Positions 28,641-38,839 of a stretch of DNA of 64,000 bases are shown here, piece after piece (within the stretch, counting starts at the first letter, position 1; every line of letters starts with the position of its first letter). Under the pieces are notes generated by a model. The model was not told the origin of the DNA. It searched no databases and worked only from the letters and a program-made list of their open reading frames with translations. A program made the position numbers and the translations under genes. This DNA is from an uncultured cyanobacterium (GTDB lineage Bacteria; Cyanobacteriota; Cyanobacteriia; Phormidesmidales; Phormidesmidaceae). Location: assembly GCA_963793265.1 (NCBI GenBank), contig CAWBZI010000001.1, positions 1,696,001-1,760,000 of the forward strand, in the 5' to 3' direction.

Positions 28641-30530
28641 TTGAGCAAACTTGCTGAAATGAATCTCCAGCTGGCTCAATTGGGCTTACTAAAGACAAGC
28701 TTTGCACTTTATTTGCGATTTACTCGTAGGGCCAGCCGCAGACATCAAAGGAACAGATTTTACGTGGTAGACAAGCCTCGCAAGTCGCCTGCCATGGGCT
28801 GGACGGGTGTCCTCAACAACTGGTGTCGGCGGCTGTTTAACCCAAAATATATATCGCCGCTACTCGGTATTGTGGCAACCGGGGGGGTTATGACCTTTCG
28901 GAGTGTAGGCGCTTTTCAGGTGTGGGAGCTACATGCCTTTGACTGGATGATGAATCACCGGCCAGTTGAGCCGCAAGACGACCGCATCGTCATCATTGGG
29001 ATTGATGAGAAGGATATTGCGATCGCCAATAGTGCGGTAATTTCAGACGCCATGCTAGCCGATGTGATTGAGACGGTTAAGGCTCAAAATCCGTCAGTGA
29101 TTGGTATTGATTTATTTCGCAATGTGCCCCACGGCGAGGGTTACGACAGGCTAGAGCAGATTTTCGATCAAACGCCGAATATCATTGGCATTAAGAAGGT
29201 GGTGGACGACGCAGCACTTTCATCAGTGCTAGGCAATCCGGTGTTAACTGCGAAAAATCAGGTCGCTGCGAGCGATCTGATTGCGGACATTGACGGACGG
29301 GTTCGACGGGGTTTTTTATATCCAGATGCAAAGGATGTGGAAGGGCTTGCCTTTCGGCTGGCGCTAGATTACTTAGAAAGTCACGACATCGTGCCTGACC
29401 CGACTTCTAAAGTCTTAAAGCTAGGTGAAGCTAAGTTTCCGCCGGTTAAAAGCAACTCTGGCGGCTATAGTCATGCAGATGCGGGGGGCTACCAGCTCAT
29501 TATGAACTGGCGAGTAAAGCCGACCTTTCAGACGTACAGCGCTCAAGACGTACTCTCGAACAAAATTCCACCAGAGATGCTGCGCGACAAAATTGTCATG
29601 ATTGGCTCGATGCAATCGGGCGATGCTGACGTTTTTTTTACACCCTACAGCAGGCAAGCGGGATTTTTGGGCCTTTTGCCAAGTCACGGTATTGAAATCC
29701 ACGCGAGCTTTACCAGCCAAATTATCAGCGCGGCTTTTGGTCAGCGCCCTTTAATCAAAACGCTGCCAGAATATATGGAGATTGCTTTAATGGCGGTAAC
29801 AGCAGGCGTAGGTATCACGCTCTATCGCACAGGCAGAAGCGATTTGCATCGCCTGCGATGGTTTGGCGGAACCCTGGTGCTGATAGGTACCGTTAGCTAC
29901 CTGGCGCTGATGCTCTCTGGCTTGTGGCTACCTGTTGTGCCTGTGGTCTTTTCACTGCTGGCCGCACCCGTCGTTGCTCGCTTGCAAAAGATCAACCGCT
30001 TGCAAACGCTCTCTCAGATAGATGAGCTAACTCAGCTTGCCAACCGCCGTAGCTTTCAAGACCATTTGGCTCAAGAATGGCAGCGAGGAATGCGATCGCA
30101 CACACCACTCTCTCTCATCCTATGCGATGTGGACTATTTCAAGTTCTATAACGACACTTACGGCCACCCTCAGGGCGATGAGTGCCTAAAGCAGGTGGCC
30201 CGTGCCATTGGCAAAGCCGCCCGTCGTCCTGATGATTTAGCGGCTCGCTATGGTGGCGAGGAGTTTGTGATTTTGCTGCCTAATACGACTTCTGAAGGGG
30301 CTCAGCAGATTGCAAAGGACGCGGCTGCTAATGTTCTAGACCTACAGCTAGAGCACAAGTCTTCGCAGGTTACACCTTTTGTCACCATTAGCTTAGGCGT
30401 AACGACGCTAATTCCGGCATCTGAGGTTGCAGTGAGTACTTTAGTCGATACGGCTGATTTAGGCTTATACGAAGCGAAGCGTAGGGGCCGCAATCAGATG
30501 GTGGTGCGACTACCCTGGTCAGTGGGTTAG
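28641..30530 (+). CDS. CHASE2-GGDEF diguanylate cyclase (start uncertain, probably downstream)
   Basis: CHASE2 (DDRIVIIGIDE.DI, IGIDLFR, DGRVRR), three TM segments, RPDD I-site and RYGGEEF active site. Confidence 0.92.
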   Translation: MSKLAEMNLQLAQLGLLKTSFALYLRFTRRASRRHQRNRFYVVDKPRKSPAMGWTGVLNNWCRRLFNPKYISPLLGIVATGGVMTFRSVGAFQVWELHAFDWMMNHRPVEPQDDRIVIIGIDEKDIAIANSAVISDAMLADVIETVKAQNPSVIGIDLFRNVPHGEGYDRLEQIFDQTPNIIGIKKVVDDAALSSVLGNPVLTAKNQVAASDLIADIDGRVRRGFLYPDAKDVEGLAFRLALDYLESHDIVPDPTSKVLKLGEAKFPPVKSNSGGYSHADAGGYQLIMNWRVKPTFQTYSAQDVLSNKIPPEMLRDKIVMIGSMQSGDADVFFTPYSRQAGFLGLLPSHGIEIHASFTSQIISAAFGQRPLIKTLPEYMEIALMAVTAGVGITLYRTGRSDLHRLRWFGGTLVLIGTVSYLALMLSGLWLPVVPVVFSLLAAPVVARLQKINRLQTLSQIDELTQLANRRSFQDHLAQEWQRGMRSHTPLSLILCDVDYFKFYNDTYGHPQGDECLKQVARAIGKAARRPDDLAARYGGEEFVILLPNTTSEGAQQIAKDAAANVLDLQLEHKSSQVTPFVTISLGVTTLIPASEVAVSTLVDTADLGLYEAKRRGRNQMVVRLPWSVG

Positions 30531-30559
30531 TCGTCAGTGGGTTAGTCGCTATCACGAGA

Positions 30560-31480
30560 CTACTTTCGATGGACGTTTCGATAGTTAATTCTTGCCCCTG
30601 CCCACTGCAGCTTATTGCGCAGCGTTCGGTAGTAGGAATGGTCTTTGCGCAAAATAATAAACTTAGCTAAGTGGCTAGCCATGCGAATATCAACGCGCTG
30701 ACCGGGCCAAACGGTTGTGCCCAAAACGCCATCCGTCCATAGCTTTGTATCACCTTCGGTATCGCCTAGCGGCCATACGCTCACCGTGCTGCCGGGAGGG
30801 AGCACAATAGGCCGACTCGAAAGGCTCATCGGGCAGATAGGCGTGACGATAATGGCCTGCATTCCAGGATGCACAATCGGGCCGTTCGCTGAGACGGTAT
30901 AGCCAGTAGAGCCAGTCGGCGTGCTAATCAGCAGACCGTCCCCCTGGTATTGATCGACGACCTCGCCGTCTATTTCTACTTCTAGGGTGGAGGTAATCAT
31001 GCGATTGGGCGAAGCGGGTTTTACGCACATTTCATTGAGGGCAAAGTAGCGATCGCTCATCGGTTCAAAATTACCAGAGGCTCCAACATGCGCCTCGGCC
31101 TGTAGCATCATGCGCTGCTGTACGGCAAAGCGATCGCCCAGCAACCGCTCCCATACCTTCTCAAAATCATCAATCTCATCTGCCGACTCCGCTAAGAACC
31201 CTAAGTGCCCACCGACATTGACCGCCAGCATCGGAATATCATCTGCTGCTAAGTGCCTAGCAGCGGCTAAAGCTGTGCCATCTCCGCCCAACACAACAGC
31301 AAGATCGATAGGTGTGGCGGTGGATTCCAAAAAAACAGGGTACGGATTGTCTTTAGCACCGCTTGGCCCCATTAGAACCTTTGAGCCCAAAGCTTCGAGC
31401 TGACGAGCGCACTTATCTGCTCGCGCTTTACTCACGGGGTTGCCCGCTCTATATACGATAATGACTTGCTTTAGCTCCAC
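30560..31480 (-). CDS. nadK: NAD(+) kinase
   Basis: LGGDGT, NE, GDGLLISTPTGSTGY. Confidence 0.95.
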   Translation of the reverse strand: MELKQVIIVYRAGNPVSKARADKCARQLEALGSKVLMGPSGAKDNPYPVFLESTATPIDLAVVLGGDGTALAAARHLAADDIPMLAVNVGGHLGFLAESADEIDDFEKVWERLLGDRFAVQQRMMLQAEAHVGASGNFEPMSDRYFALNEMCVKPASPNRMITSTLEVEIDGEVVDQYQGDGLLISTPTGSTGYTVSANGPIVHPGMQAIIVTPICPMSLSSRPIVLPPGSTVSVWPLGDTEGDTKLWTDGVLGTTVWPGQRVDIRMASHLAKFIILRKDHSYYRTLRNKLQWAGARINYRNVHRK

Positions 31481-31585
31481 ACCAGCGGCCCCCGTTTGTA
31501 ATTGTTTATCAGCTCAAAAATTAAAAACCTCAAGATTCGCGAAGGGAACCTCAAGGCTTTTAAACCGGATATTAAAGGCTTTTGG

Positions 31586-31891
31586 TTACCACTTAAGCAA
31601 ATTGAACTGTTCCATATCCACCGTATCGCGGTTGCGGTAGATAGAGAGGACAATTGCCAGGCCCACGGCGGCTTCAGCCGCTGCAATCGTAATCACAAAC
31701 ACCGCAAACACCTGCCCCTTAATCTCAGCAGGGTCTAGATAGTTTGAAAACGCCATCAGATTAATATTGACCGCGTTAAGCATTAGCTCAATAGACATCA
31801 GCACGCGAATAACGTTACGGCTAGTAACTAAGCCATAGACCCCTACAGAGAATAGGGCAGCGGCTAACAGTAAAAAGTACTCAAGTTGCAT
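31586..31891 (-). CDS. ndhE: NDH-1 subunit 4L
   Basis: [23 protein letters not shown]. Confidence 0.97.
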   Translation of the reverse strand: MQLEYFLLLAAALFSVGVYGLVTSRNVIRVLMSIELMLNAVNINLMAFSNYLDPAEIKGQVFAVFVITIAAAEAAVGLAIVLSIYRNRDTVDMEQFNLLKW

Positions 31892-31988
31892 AAAGCGTCA
31901 GGCGTAAAGGAAATAGTCAACAAAAGAAGGTCTGTGACTCTATTTAAACTATCTATTCAAACAAAAGTCAGGCACAGAAAATAGCAGC

Positions 31989-32591
31989 CTAGTCATCATC
32001 ACGTGCGCCAGCAGCGACTAGCTCACGAGGGCGCTCAGGCAAAGTTAGCGCCTCTTGGTCAATTACAAAGGTATCAGGAATGAACTCGCGGCGAGCCAGG
32101 ATAATTGCGCCCACTAAAGCAATGAGTAGAAGCACAGAGGCCAGCTCAAACGGCAGTAGATAATCGCTAAAGAAGTGCTGACCAATCACCTCAATCGCAT
32201 TTTCACCCGCAGCCGGTGCGGTAGAAATAGCCCAAGGATGAGACAGCACCATCGTGCTAATCAGTCCGAAGATACCTGCACAGACAGCGCCCGTTGCAGC
32301 TTTACCGATCCATGCGTTCTCGATATCAGCGAAGTTCTCTTCTTTATTCACCAGCATAATCCCGAACAGAATCAGCACGTTGACTGCACCAACATAGACC
32401 AGCACTTGCGCAGCGGCTACAAAGCCTGCGTTAAGCAAAATGTAGAGGCCGGAAACGCTGATGAAGGTCAGCGCGAGTAAAAAAGCTGAGTAAACAATAT
32501 TAGATAGCAGCACGACCCCAAGGGCTGAGGCAATCATCATCAGGCCCAATATGGCCAATGATACGAGCTGTACGCCTTCTGCCAGATTCAA
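31989..32591 (-). CDS. ndhG: NDH-1 subunit 6
   Basis: AAAQVLVYVGAVNVL, LLPFELASVLLL. Confidence 0.96.
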   Translation of the reverse strand: MNLAEGVQLVSLAILGLMMIASALGVVLLSNIVYSAFLLALTFISVSGLYILLNAGFVAAAQVLVYVGAVNVLILFGIMLVNKEENFADIENAWIGKAATGAVCAGIFGLISTMVLSHPWAISTAPAAGENAIEVIGQHFFSDYLLPFELASVLLLIALVGAIILARREFIPDTFVIDQEALTLPERPRELVAAGARDDD

Positions 32592-32665
32592 AGTATTAAT
32601 CTCCTCACGGGTTGGTTACGGGTTGGTTTGAGCGATAGACCGACGAACAGACCTAACAAAAAGCC

Positions 32666-33298
32666 TTATTCAGCTTTTTCAGCTGGAGCCTTTTTAGCTT
32701 CTTCCTTAGCTTTCTCAGCTTCTAGCTCAGCTAGGATATCTTGAGGCAACCGCCCTGCACGCTGCGAACCTGGGGGTAAATCGTGTGGATCCATTACGCC
32801 TTTAGGCAAGTAAGCAAACTCTCGCATCGGCGTCACCATCGGATCGTTAGTGACCTTATAAGGCAAGCGGCCTAAAGCTACGTTGTCGTAGTTCAAATTA
32901 TGGCGGTCATAGGCAGAAAGCTCATATTCCTCAGTCATCGACAGGCAGTTAGTGGGGCAGTATTCTACGCAGTTGCCGCAGAAGATACAAACGCCGAAGT
33001 CGATGCTGTAGTGGTTGAGATTCTTTTTCTTGGTTTCCCGGTTGAACTCCCAGTCCACAACCGGCAGGTTAATCGGGCAGACTCTGACGCATACTTCGCA
33101 GGCGATGCACTTGTCAAACTCAAAGTGAATGCGGCCCCGGTAGCGTTCAGAGGGAATAACCTTTTCGTAGGGGTACTGCACCGTAACCGGGCGGCGCTTC
33201 ATGTGATCAAAGGTGACCGAAAGGCCCTGACCAATAAATTTCGCTGCTTGGGCTGTTTCCTTGGCGTAGTCACCGACTTGTTTTAGAAAGTTCAACAT
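32666..33298 (-). CDS. ndhI: NDH-1 subunit I (2x 4Fe-4S)
   Basis: [12 protein letters not shown] and [12 protein letters not shown]. Confidence 0.97.
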   Translation of the reverse strand: MLNFLKQVGDYAKETAQAAKFIGQGLSVTFDHMKRRPVTVQYPYEKVIPSERYRGRIHFEFDKCIACEVCVRVCPINLPVVDWEFNRETKKKNLNHYSIDFGVCIFCGNCVEYCPTNCLSMTEEYELSAYDRHNLNYDNVALGRLPYKVTNDPMVTPMREFAYLPKGVMDPHDLPPGSQRAGRLPQDILAELEAEKAKEEAKKAPAEKAE

Positions 33299-33361
33299 GG
33301 CGCTTGCTTAGAAGGGTGTTCGTTGTAAGAGAAGACGTTTAGGCTGGTAAGCCAACTAGAC

Positions 33362-34480
33362 CTAGCCACCGAAGGCAAAGGGAAACGTGAGCTTAAGACC
33401 AGCAGTTACCAGAAGATTGACTAAGGAGATAGGCAGTAGGAATTTCCAACCTAAATCAAGCAGTTGGTCAATGCGAACGCGGGGCACTGTCCAGCGCAGC
33501 AAGATAGTTAAAAAGACGAGCAGGTAAGCTTTGATCATCGTCATAACGATACCGAGAGAGGCGGCGATGATTTGTACCCAGGGTGCATTTTCGCTAACGC
33601 CGAGTAGACCGGTAATGGTTTCTACAGGAACCGGAAAGCTCCAGCCGCCCAGGTAGAGTACCGATACAATCAGAGCCGAAAGCATCAGGTTTACATAAGA
33701 GCCTACGTAGAATAAACCAAACTTCATACCTGTGTATTCGGTTTGGTAGCCTGCTACTAGCTCTTCCTCTGCCTCGGGAAGGTCAAAGGGCAGACGCTCG
33801 CACTCTGCCAGCGCTGAGATCCAGAAGATTACGAAACCGACTGGCTGCCGCCAAACGTTCCAGCCCAAAATGCCATAGCCTGACTGCTGGTTAACGATGT
33901 CGATGGTGCTCAGGCCGTTTGTCATAAGAACGACTGCAAGCACGGCTAGAGCCAGCGGAATTTCGTAGCTAATGGCTTGCGCTGCAGCCCTGAGCCCACC
34001 TAGTAACGAGTACTTGTTGTTAGAGGCATAGCCTGCCATTAATAGCCCGATAGGGGTGATGCTTGAAAGAGAAATCCATAGAAAAATGCCGATGCCCAAG
34101 TCAGTAATGACTAGGTTTTGTCCGAACGGCACAATTAAAAAGGATAGAAAGACCGGAATGACGACAATGGCAGGGCCAATGGTAAATAGCCACGGGTCTG
34201 ACTTTGCCGGGGTGATGTCTGCTTTGAAGATGAGCTTCACGCCGTCAGCAACGGCCTGCAATGCGCCAATAGGGCCGATGAATTCGGGGCCGACGCGCTG
34301 CTGGGCTGAGGCAGAGATTTTGCGCTCTAGCCAAACGCAGATAAAAATACTGACGGTCGCCACGATGAGCATTAACAGCATCGGGAGAGGAAGCCAAACC
34401 GTTTTGGCTACGCCAGCGGGCAGGCCGAGTTTGGTGAGGGCTTGGACGACGGTTCCTTGGAGGTCAATGCCTGGGGTCAT
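33362..34480 (-). CDS. ndhA: NDH-1 subunit 1
   Basis: [30 protein letters not shown]. Confidence 0.97.
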   Translation of the reverse strand: MTPGIDLQGTVVQALTKLGLPAGVAKTVWLPLPMLLMLIVATVSIFICVWLERKISASAQQRVGPEFIGPIGALQAVADGVKLIFKADITPAKSDPWLFTIGPAIVVIPVFLSFLIVPFGQNLVITDLGIGIFLWISLSSITPIGLLMAGYASNNKYSLLGGLRAAAQAISYEIPLALAVLAVVLMTNGLSTIDIVNQQSGYGILGWNVWRQPVGFVIFWISALAECERLPFDLPEAEEELVAGYQTEYTGMKFGLFYVGSYVNLMLSALIVSVLYLGGWSFPVPVETITGLLGVSENAPWVQIIAASLGIVMTMIKAYLLVFLTILLRWTVPRVRIDQLLDLGWKFLLPISLVNLLVTAGLKLTFPFAFGG

Positions 34481-34643
34481 GCTCTTTTATGAGGCGACTG
34501 AAGCGCGCAAGTAATTTCTCTAACAGATTCTAGCGCTTAATCAAGCGCTGTACGATCCTTCAAAGGTATGGCCTAGCAGAATACGCCTCTATTAACCCCT
34601 GATAATTTTCAATGGTTTCCCTAATTCAGACGAGGATTCCAAT

Positions 34644-34674
34644 AAAAACCCCCTCGATATAAATACCGGGGGGG
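34644..34674 (-). terminator. Terminator after gltA
   Basis: Minus strand cccccccgg...cgagggggttttt. Confidence 0.6.
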
Positions 34675-34823
34675 CTGGAGTTCCTGAAAATCGTCACTGA
34701 AAGTATATTCCTGCGAGTTTTACGTATTGCCAAGGGGGGTAGCGCCCATCACCTCTGTAGGAATACCAATCACACTATTTTTTTGATAGGAATGAATCCT
34801 CCGTATTCGCACTGCTTCTGAAG

Positions 34824-35978
34824 CTACTTTTCCCAGAGCTGCTGTCTTTTTTCGAGGGGAACGTAGTGCTGTCCGTGAGGGCCTTCGTAAATTTGAGTAG
34901 GGCGAAAAATTCTGTTTTTGCCGATTTGCTCTTTCCAGTGGGCCAGCCAGCCAGCCACGCGGGCGATCGCAAAAATCGGCGTAAATAAATCAGTCGGAAT
35001 CCCCATCTTGCGATACACCAGCCCCGAATAAAAGTCCACATTTGGATAAACGCCCTTATGCCCAAGCTTTTCGGCCACTACCAGCTCTAGCTCCAAGGCA
35101 ATATCGTAGTAATCATCTCGGCCAACCTTATCGAATAGCTGCTCAGCGAGCCCCTGAAGAATCTGAGCCCGAGGATCTTTCACCTTGTACACGCGATGAC
35201 CGAAGCCCATAATCCTGGCGCGATCGGCAATCTTTTGGTCAACATAGGGCCGCACCTTTTCAATCGAACCAATCTCTTGCAGCATAGCAATTACCTCTTC
35301 GTTAGCGCCGCCGTGAAGGGGGCCTGCTAACGTGCCAACGGCTGAGGCAACGACCGCGTAAGGGTCAGTTAGCGTAGAGGCGGTCACCATCGCTGAAAAC
35401 GTAGAGGCGTTGATGGTGTGCTCAGCGTGGAGAATCAGGCAGACATCGAAGATGCGGGCGGCGAGCGGGTCGGGCTCCTGCTCGTTGAGCATGTAGAGAA
35501 AGTTAGCAGCGTAGCTCAAGTCGTCGCGGGGCTGAACAGGGTCGTTGCCTTTGCGCATCATTTTGAAGGCGGCGACCATGGTCGGAATTTTGGCGAGCAG
35601 GCGGACAACGGCGTTTTGAACGTAGGCCGGATCTTCGAGGGCGCGGCGGGAGTGAAAAAGGCCGAGGGCCGCCGCACAGGCTTGGAGCGCGTCCATGGGA
35701 TGACCGCTTTCAGGAAAGCATTTCATCATGTCGCGAATGCGGTACTTGAGACGGCGGTGGTACTGAACCTCGTGCTCAAAGTCTTCAAGCTGCTGCTGTG
35801 TGGGCAGGCCGCCCCAAATCAGCAGGTAGGCGGTTTCTAAAAAGCTGCTTTTTTGGGCAATGTCTTCGATCTTAATGCCGCGATATTCTAGGATGCCGCT
35901 TTGACCATCGACAAAGCTGATGCTCGACTGCGTGGCCGGAATGCCTTCTAAGCCTGGCCGATAGTCGCATGTCGTCAT
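34824..35978 (-). CDS. gltA: Citrate synthase
   Basis: GPLHGGANE, MGFGHRVYK, YPNVDFYSG. Confidence 0.97.
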   Translation of the reverse strand: MTTCDYRPGLEGIPATQSSISFVDGQSGILEYRGIKIEDIAQKSSFLETAYLLIWGGLPTQQQLEDFEHEVQYHRRLKYRIRDMMKCFPESGHPMDALQACAAALGLFHSRRALEDPAYVQNAVVRLLAKIPTMVAAFKMMRKGNDPVQPRDDLSYAANFLYMLNEQEPDPLAARIFDVCLILHAEHTINASTFSAMVTASTLTDPYAVVASAVGTLAGPLHGGANEEVIAMLQEIGSIEKVRPYVDQKIADRARIMGFGHRVYKVKDPRAQILQGLAEQLFDKVGRDDYYDIALELELVVAEKLGHKGVYPNVDFYSGLVYRKMGIPTDLFTPIFAIARVAGWLAHWKEQIGKNRIFRPTQIYEGPHGQHYVPLEKRQQLWEK

Positions 35979-36054
35979 CTGTTTAGACTCCCTTTTTAGA
36001 TCAAATAATATTACTACCCTAAGGCAGATCGCGGTTATAGTTAGGTGCTGATCG

Positions 36055-36573
36055 CTACCGGAGCAGCAATCGCGGCGGTGCTAGCCAAAAAAGCTGGCTT
36101 TGGCCGATAGCCTGCTGTGCCTGAGGCAGACGTAGGCCAATAATGCCCGCTTTTTTGAGCGTCCAGTTGCTCTGAGGCTCGCCGCAGACTAAGTGTTGCG
36201 CCCATTCGCTGAGGTTGGGTTCGTGGCCGACTAAGGCAACGCTAGGGACGGCGGGTGGACTGGCGCTGGCAGATTGCCAACGACCGAGCCAGGTAAGCCA
36301 GTCGGATAGTTTGCCGTCGGGGCGTAGGGGTAAAAATTCTTCGACGTGCGAGGCTAGTCCAGCCTGGTTGAGAATGTCGGCAGTTTGCTGCGCGCGTACG
36401 AGCGGGCTAGTAAGCATTGTGTCGAACTGTAGGCCCAGATCGCCTAGTCGCTGGGCAATGCGTTTGGTTTTGGTGACGCCTTTTTCGGTGAGCTGTCGCT
36501 GCTCGTCGTCTTTGCCTGCCTCGCGAGCGATCGCTATGCCATGGCGAATAAAGTAAACCTCGGTAATTAGCAC
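36055..36573 (-). CDS. sixA: Phosphohistidine phosphatase
   Basis: YFIRHGIA, TSPLVRAQQTA, LVGHEP; likely GTG start at 36573. Confidence 0.92.
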   Translation of the reverse strand: MLITEVYFIRHGIAIAREAGKDDEQRQLTEKGVTKTKRIAQRLGDLGLQFDTMLTSPLVRAQQTADILNQAGLASHVEEFLPLRPDGKLSDWLTWLGRWQSASASPPAVPSVALVGHEPNLSEWAQHLVCGEPQSNWTLKKAGIIGLRLPQAQQAIGQSQLFWLAPPRLLLR

Positions 36574-36651
36574 GGTTAGTCTTCTGATGAGTAACGATTT
36601 AGAGCGTAGCCAAATTGGCCCTAAGAAAGATCTCAGGACTAACATTCATTT

Positions 36652-36696
36652 TGCCTGTGAGTGTCTTGAGGAGTGTCCTCAAGACACTCACAGGCA
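36652..36696. repeat. Perfect 21-bp inverted repeat with 3-nt loop
   Basis: tgcctgtgagtgtcttgagga-gtg-tcctcaagacactcacaggca. Confidence 0.9.
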
Positions 36697-36708
36697 GAGC
36701 GCGCCTCC

Positions 36709-37977
36709 TTAATCCGTATTCAGCACGCCGTTCTCTGGATTAACGAGTTTCTGAAGCTTTTGCTTAATTTGCTTGTCAAAAACTTCCCATTTTTGGCGGT
36801 TGTAATCGCTGTTTTCGTAGAATCCTGAGAGAAACCCGATCGGGATTTCAAAGCCGCCTGCCATTGAGCGACCGCCACCGAAAAAGCGACCCTGGCTATC
36901 TTGACCAAAGGCTTCTTTAATAAATTCGTCTGGGTCGAGCGTGATTTTGTTGGTTCGCAAAGAGCCGACGACTAGCTCTTTTTCTTCGTCCTCATCGTGC
37001 ACAATGCCGTAGACCACAGCCGTATGCACGTTTTCTTCTGTGATCAGAAAGTCGGCAGCTTGAGGAATAGCATCGCGATCTTCGTAGCGGAGGTAGCCCA
37101 CCCCGGCAATCGAAACGCTGTTTTGAGCCAAACGGTTGCGCAGTGATCGCTCAATGACATCCATCACCCGCCGCGACCGAGACGCCTGTAGCACCGCGCC
37201 CAAAAGCTGAGCATCGTAATACTGGCTGAGGTAAGCTGCTGCCATAAAGTCAGGTTCAGACGCCTGCATAAGCTGAATCGTATCTGAGCGTAGCCCGTGC
37301 ATGAGCGCGGTGGCACACTTGACATGATTGCTATTAGATCTGTCTAGCTTGATTAAGCCGTCTTTGAGATACCCGGCCATCATGGTTGCCGTCGCATGAA
37401 TATCGGGGCGAATGTCAATCAGCTCGGCGTCGAGCTTGCCCTGAGAGGCGTGGTGATCAATCACAAGTAGTAGCGGTAGATTGACAGCTTGAACTTTCTC
37501 CGTAAGGTGGCTGGTGGTACCCTGCGTATCAATCAGGATATAGCCCTGATATTGAGAAAGATCAGGCGTGTCTTTAGCCTGACTCGGCCAGCGTTTGGCT
37601 GGGAGATTGGTGAGTTTAACCAGGGCAATATTTTCTTGATGACTCAGCGTGCCAGAGTAGTAGATATCGCACTGAATGTTGTAGTCACTAGCAATCAAGC
37701 GGTATGCCCAGGCTGATGAGAGTGCATCTGGATCAGGGAAGTCTTGCAATAAAACAAGCTGCCGGGTGCCACTGTGCTTCTTGAGCAGCTTTTCTAAGGC
37801 GGCTGTTCTAGATTCTAAACCGGCTGAGCGCCTTAAGGCTTCGGCCTGCTTGCTTAAAGACTCTTCTTGCACAGACCCTTCTGCCAATGTGCTCTCTCCT
37901 AAGGCTTCTGTTCTCATGGCGGATTCTCCTGAGTCTCGACCGGATACGTCCTGATCGGATGGGTAATTGTCTAGCAA
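36709..37977 (-). CDS. DHH-family phosphoesterase (NrnA-like)
   Basis: DFPDPDA, LIDTQ, IDHH, GGGR..AGG. Confidence 0.9.
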   Translation of the reverse strand: MLDNYPSDQDVSGRDSGESAMRTEALGESTLAEGSVQEESLSKQAEALRRSAGLESRTAALEKLLKKHSGTRQLVLLQDFPDPDALSSAWAYRLIASDYNIQCDIYYSGTLSHQENIALVKLTNLPAKRWPSQAKDTPDLSQYQGYILIDTQGTTSHLTEKVQAVNLPLLLVIDHHASQGKLDAELIDIRPDIHATATMMAGYLKDGLIKLDRSNSNHVKCATALMHGLRSDTIQLMQASEPDFMAAAYLSQYYDAQLLGAVLQASRSRRVMDVIERSLRNRLAQNSVSIAGVGYLRYEDRDAIPQAADFLITEENVHTAVVYGIVHDEDEEKELVVGSLRTNKITLDPDEFIKEAFGQDSQGRFFGGGRSMAGGFEIPIGFLSGFYENSDYNRQKWEVFDKQIKQKLQKLVNPENGVLNTD

Positions 37978-38197
37978 TGTGCGCGGGGGTAGTGAGCAGT
38001 TTTGACATACCTCGAATATGCCAATCTATCAGGTTGCTTTAACGTCCGTATACCCTAGTTAAGTAGGGAATGTACGACTTGAAGCGATAGATGAATATGG
38101 ATGAATTAGGTCTTTTGGTAGAGATTGCTATTTTTTGGAGTAGGGTTTGACAGGCATGTGGCCGCTGTTTAGCTGTTTGTTTAGCTATCTAGCTGAG

Positions 38198-38698
38198 TTA
38201 ATTGAGGCCAATGACGTAGCGCCTCCACTCTTGATGAACGCCGCCGCGTACGTGTCTAGAAATTTCAAAGTACAGACTGCTGTGAGGCTTGCGTGGCGGG
38301 TTAGCCAGCGGCATATCGGCTTCTTTAGGGGTGCGATTGCCTTTGCGAACGTTGCATCGAACGCAGGCGCTGACGATGTTTTCCCAAGAGTCGCCGCCGC
38401 CGCGCGATCGCGGAATAACATGATCGAGCGTTAGCCGTTCGCCCGTGTAGCCGCAGTACTGGCAGGTATTTTCATCGCGGTGGAGCAGATTGCGCCGCGT
38501 TAGGGGAATTTCTTTGTAGGGGATGCGGACGTAGTGACGCAGCCGAATCACAGTCGGCATCGGAAAGTCTGGGTAGACGAGCTGTTCGCGCTGCTCTATC
38601 TGCTCTGCTTTGCCTTTAATGACCAGTACTACTGCTCGTCGCCAGCTTGTGATATTCAATGGCTCGTAGGAAGCATTCAGAACCAGGACTTTACTCAT
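38198..38698 (-). CDS. HNH endonuclease (McrA-like, conserved)
   Basis: VLVLNASYEP, CQYCG...LTLDHVIPRSRGG..WEN.V.AC..CN. Confidence 0.92.
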   Translation of the reverse strand: MSKVLVLNASYEPLNITSWRRAVVLVIKGKAEQIEQREQLVYPDFPMPTVIRLRHYVRIPYKEIPLTRRNLLHRDENTCQYCGYTGERLTLDHVIPRSRGGGDSWENIVSACVRCNVRKGNRTPKEADMPLANPPRKPHSSLYFEISRHVRGGVHQEWRRYVIGLN

Positions 38699-38839
38699 TA
38701 CCTACATCTCAATAGCCCAAATGTACTCGTTTACCGCTGACATGATTAATGTATTAGATACTAGCACATTCGTACTTTTGCGGGGGTTTGGGCACTGCTA
38801 CACTGAGTTGTTTTTAGTTTATTTTTTCCGTGACTTATC

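Noticed and set aside
38198..38698. HNH nuclease as a mobile element, IscB or defence system
   Set aside because: Short stand-alone HNH of the conserved VLVLNASYEP type among core genes; no RuvC motifs, element ends or partner genes.
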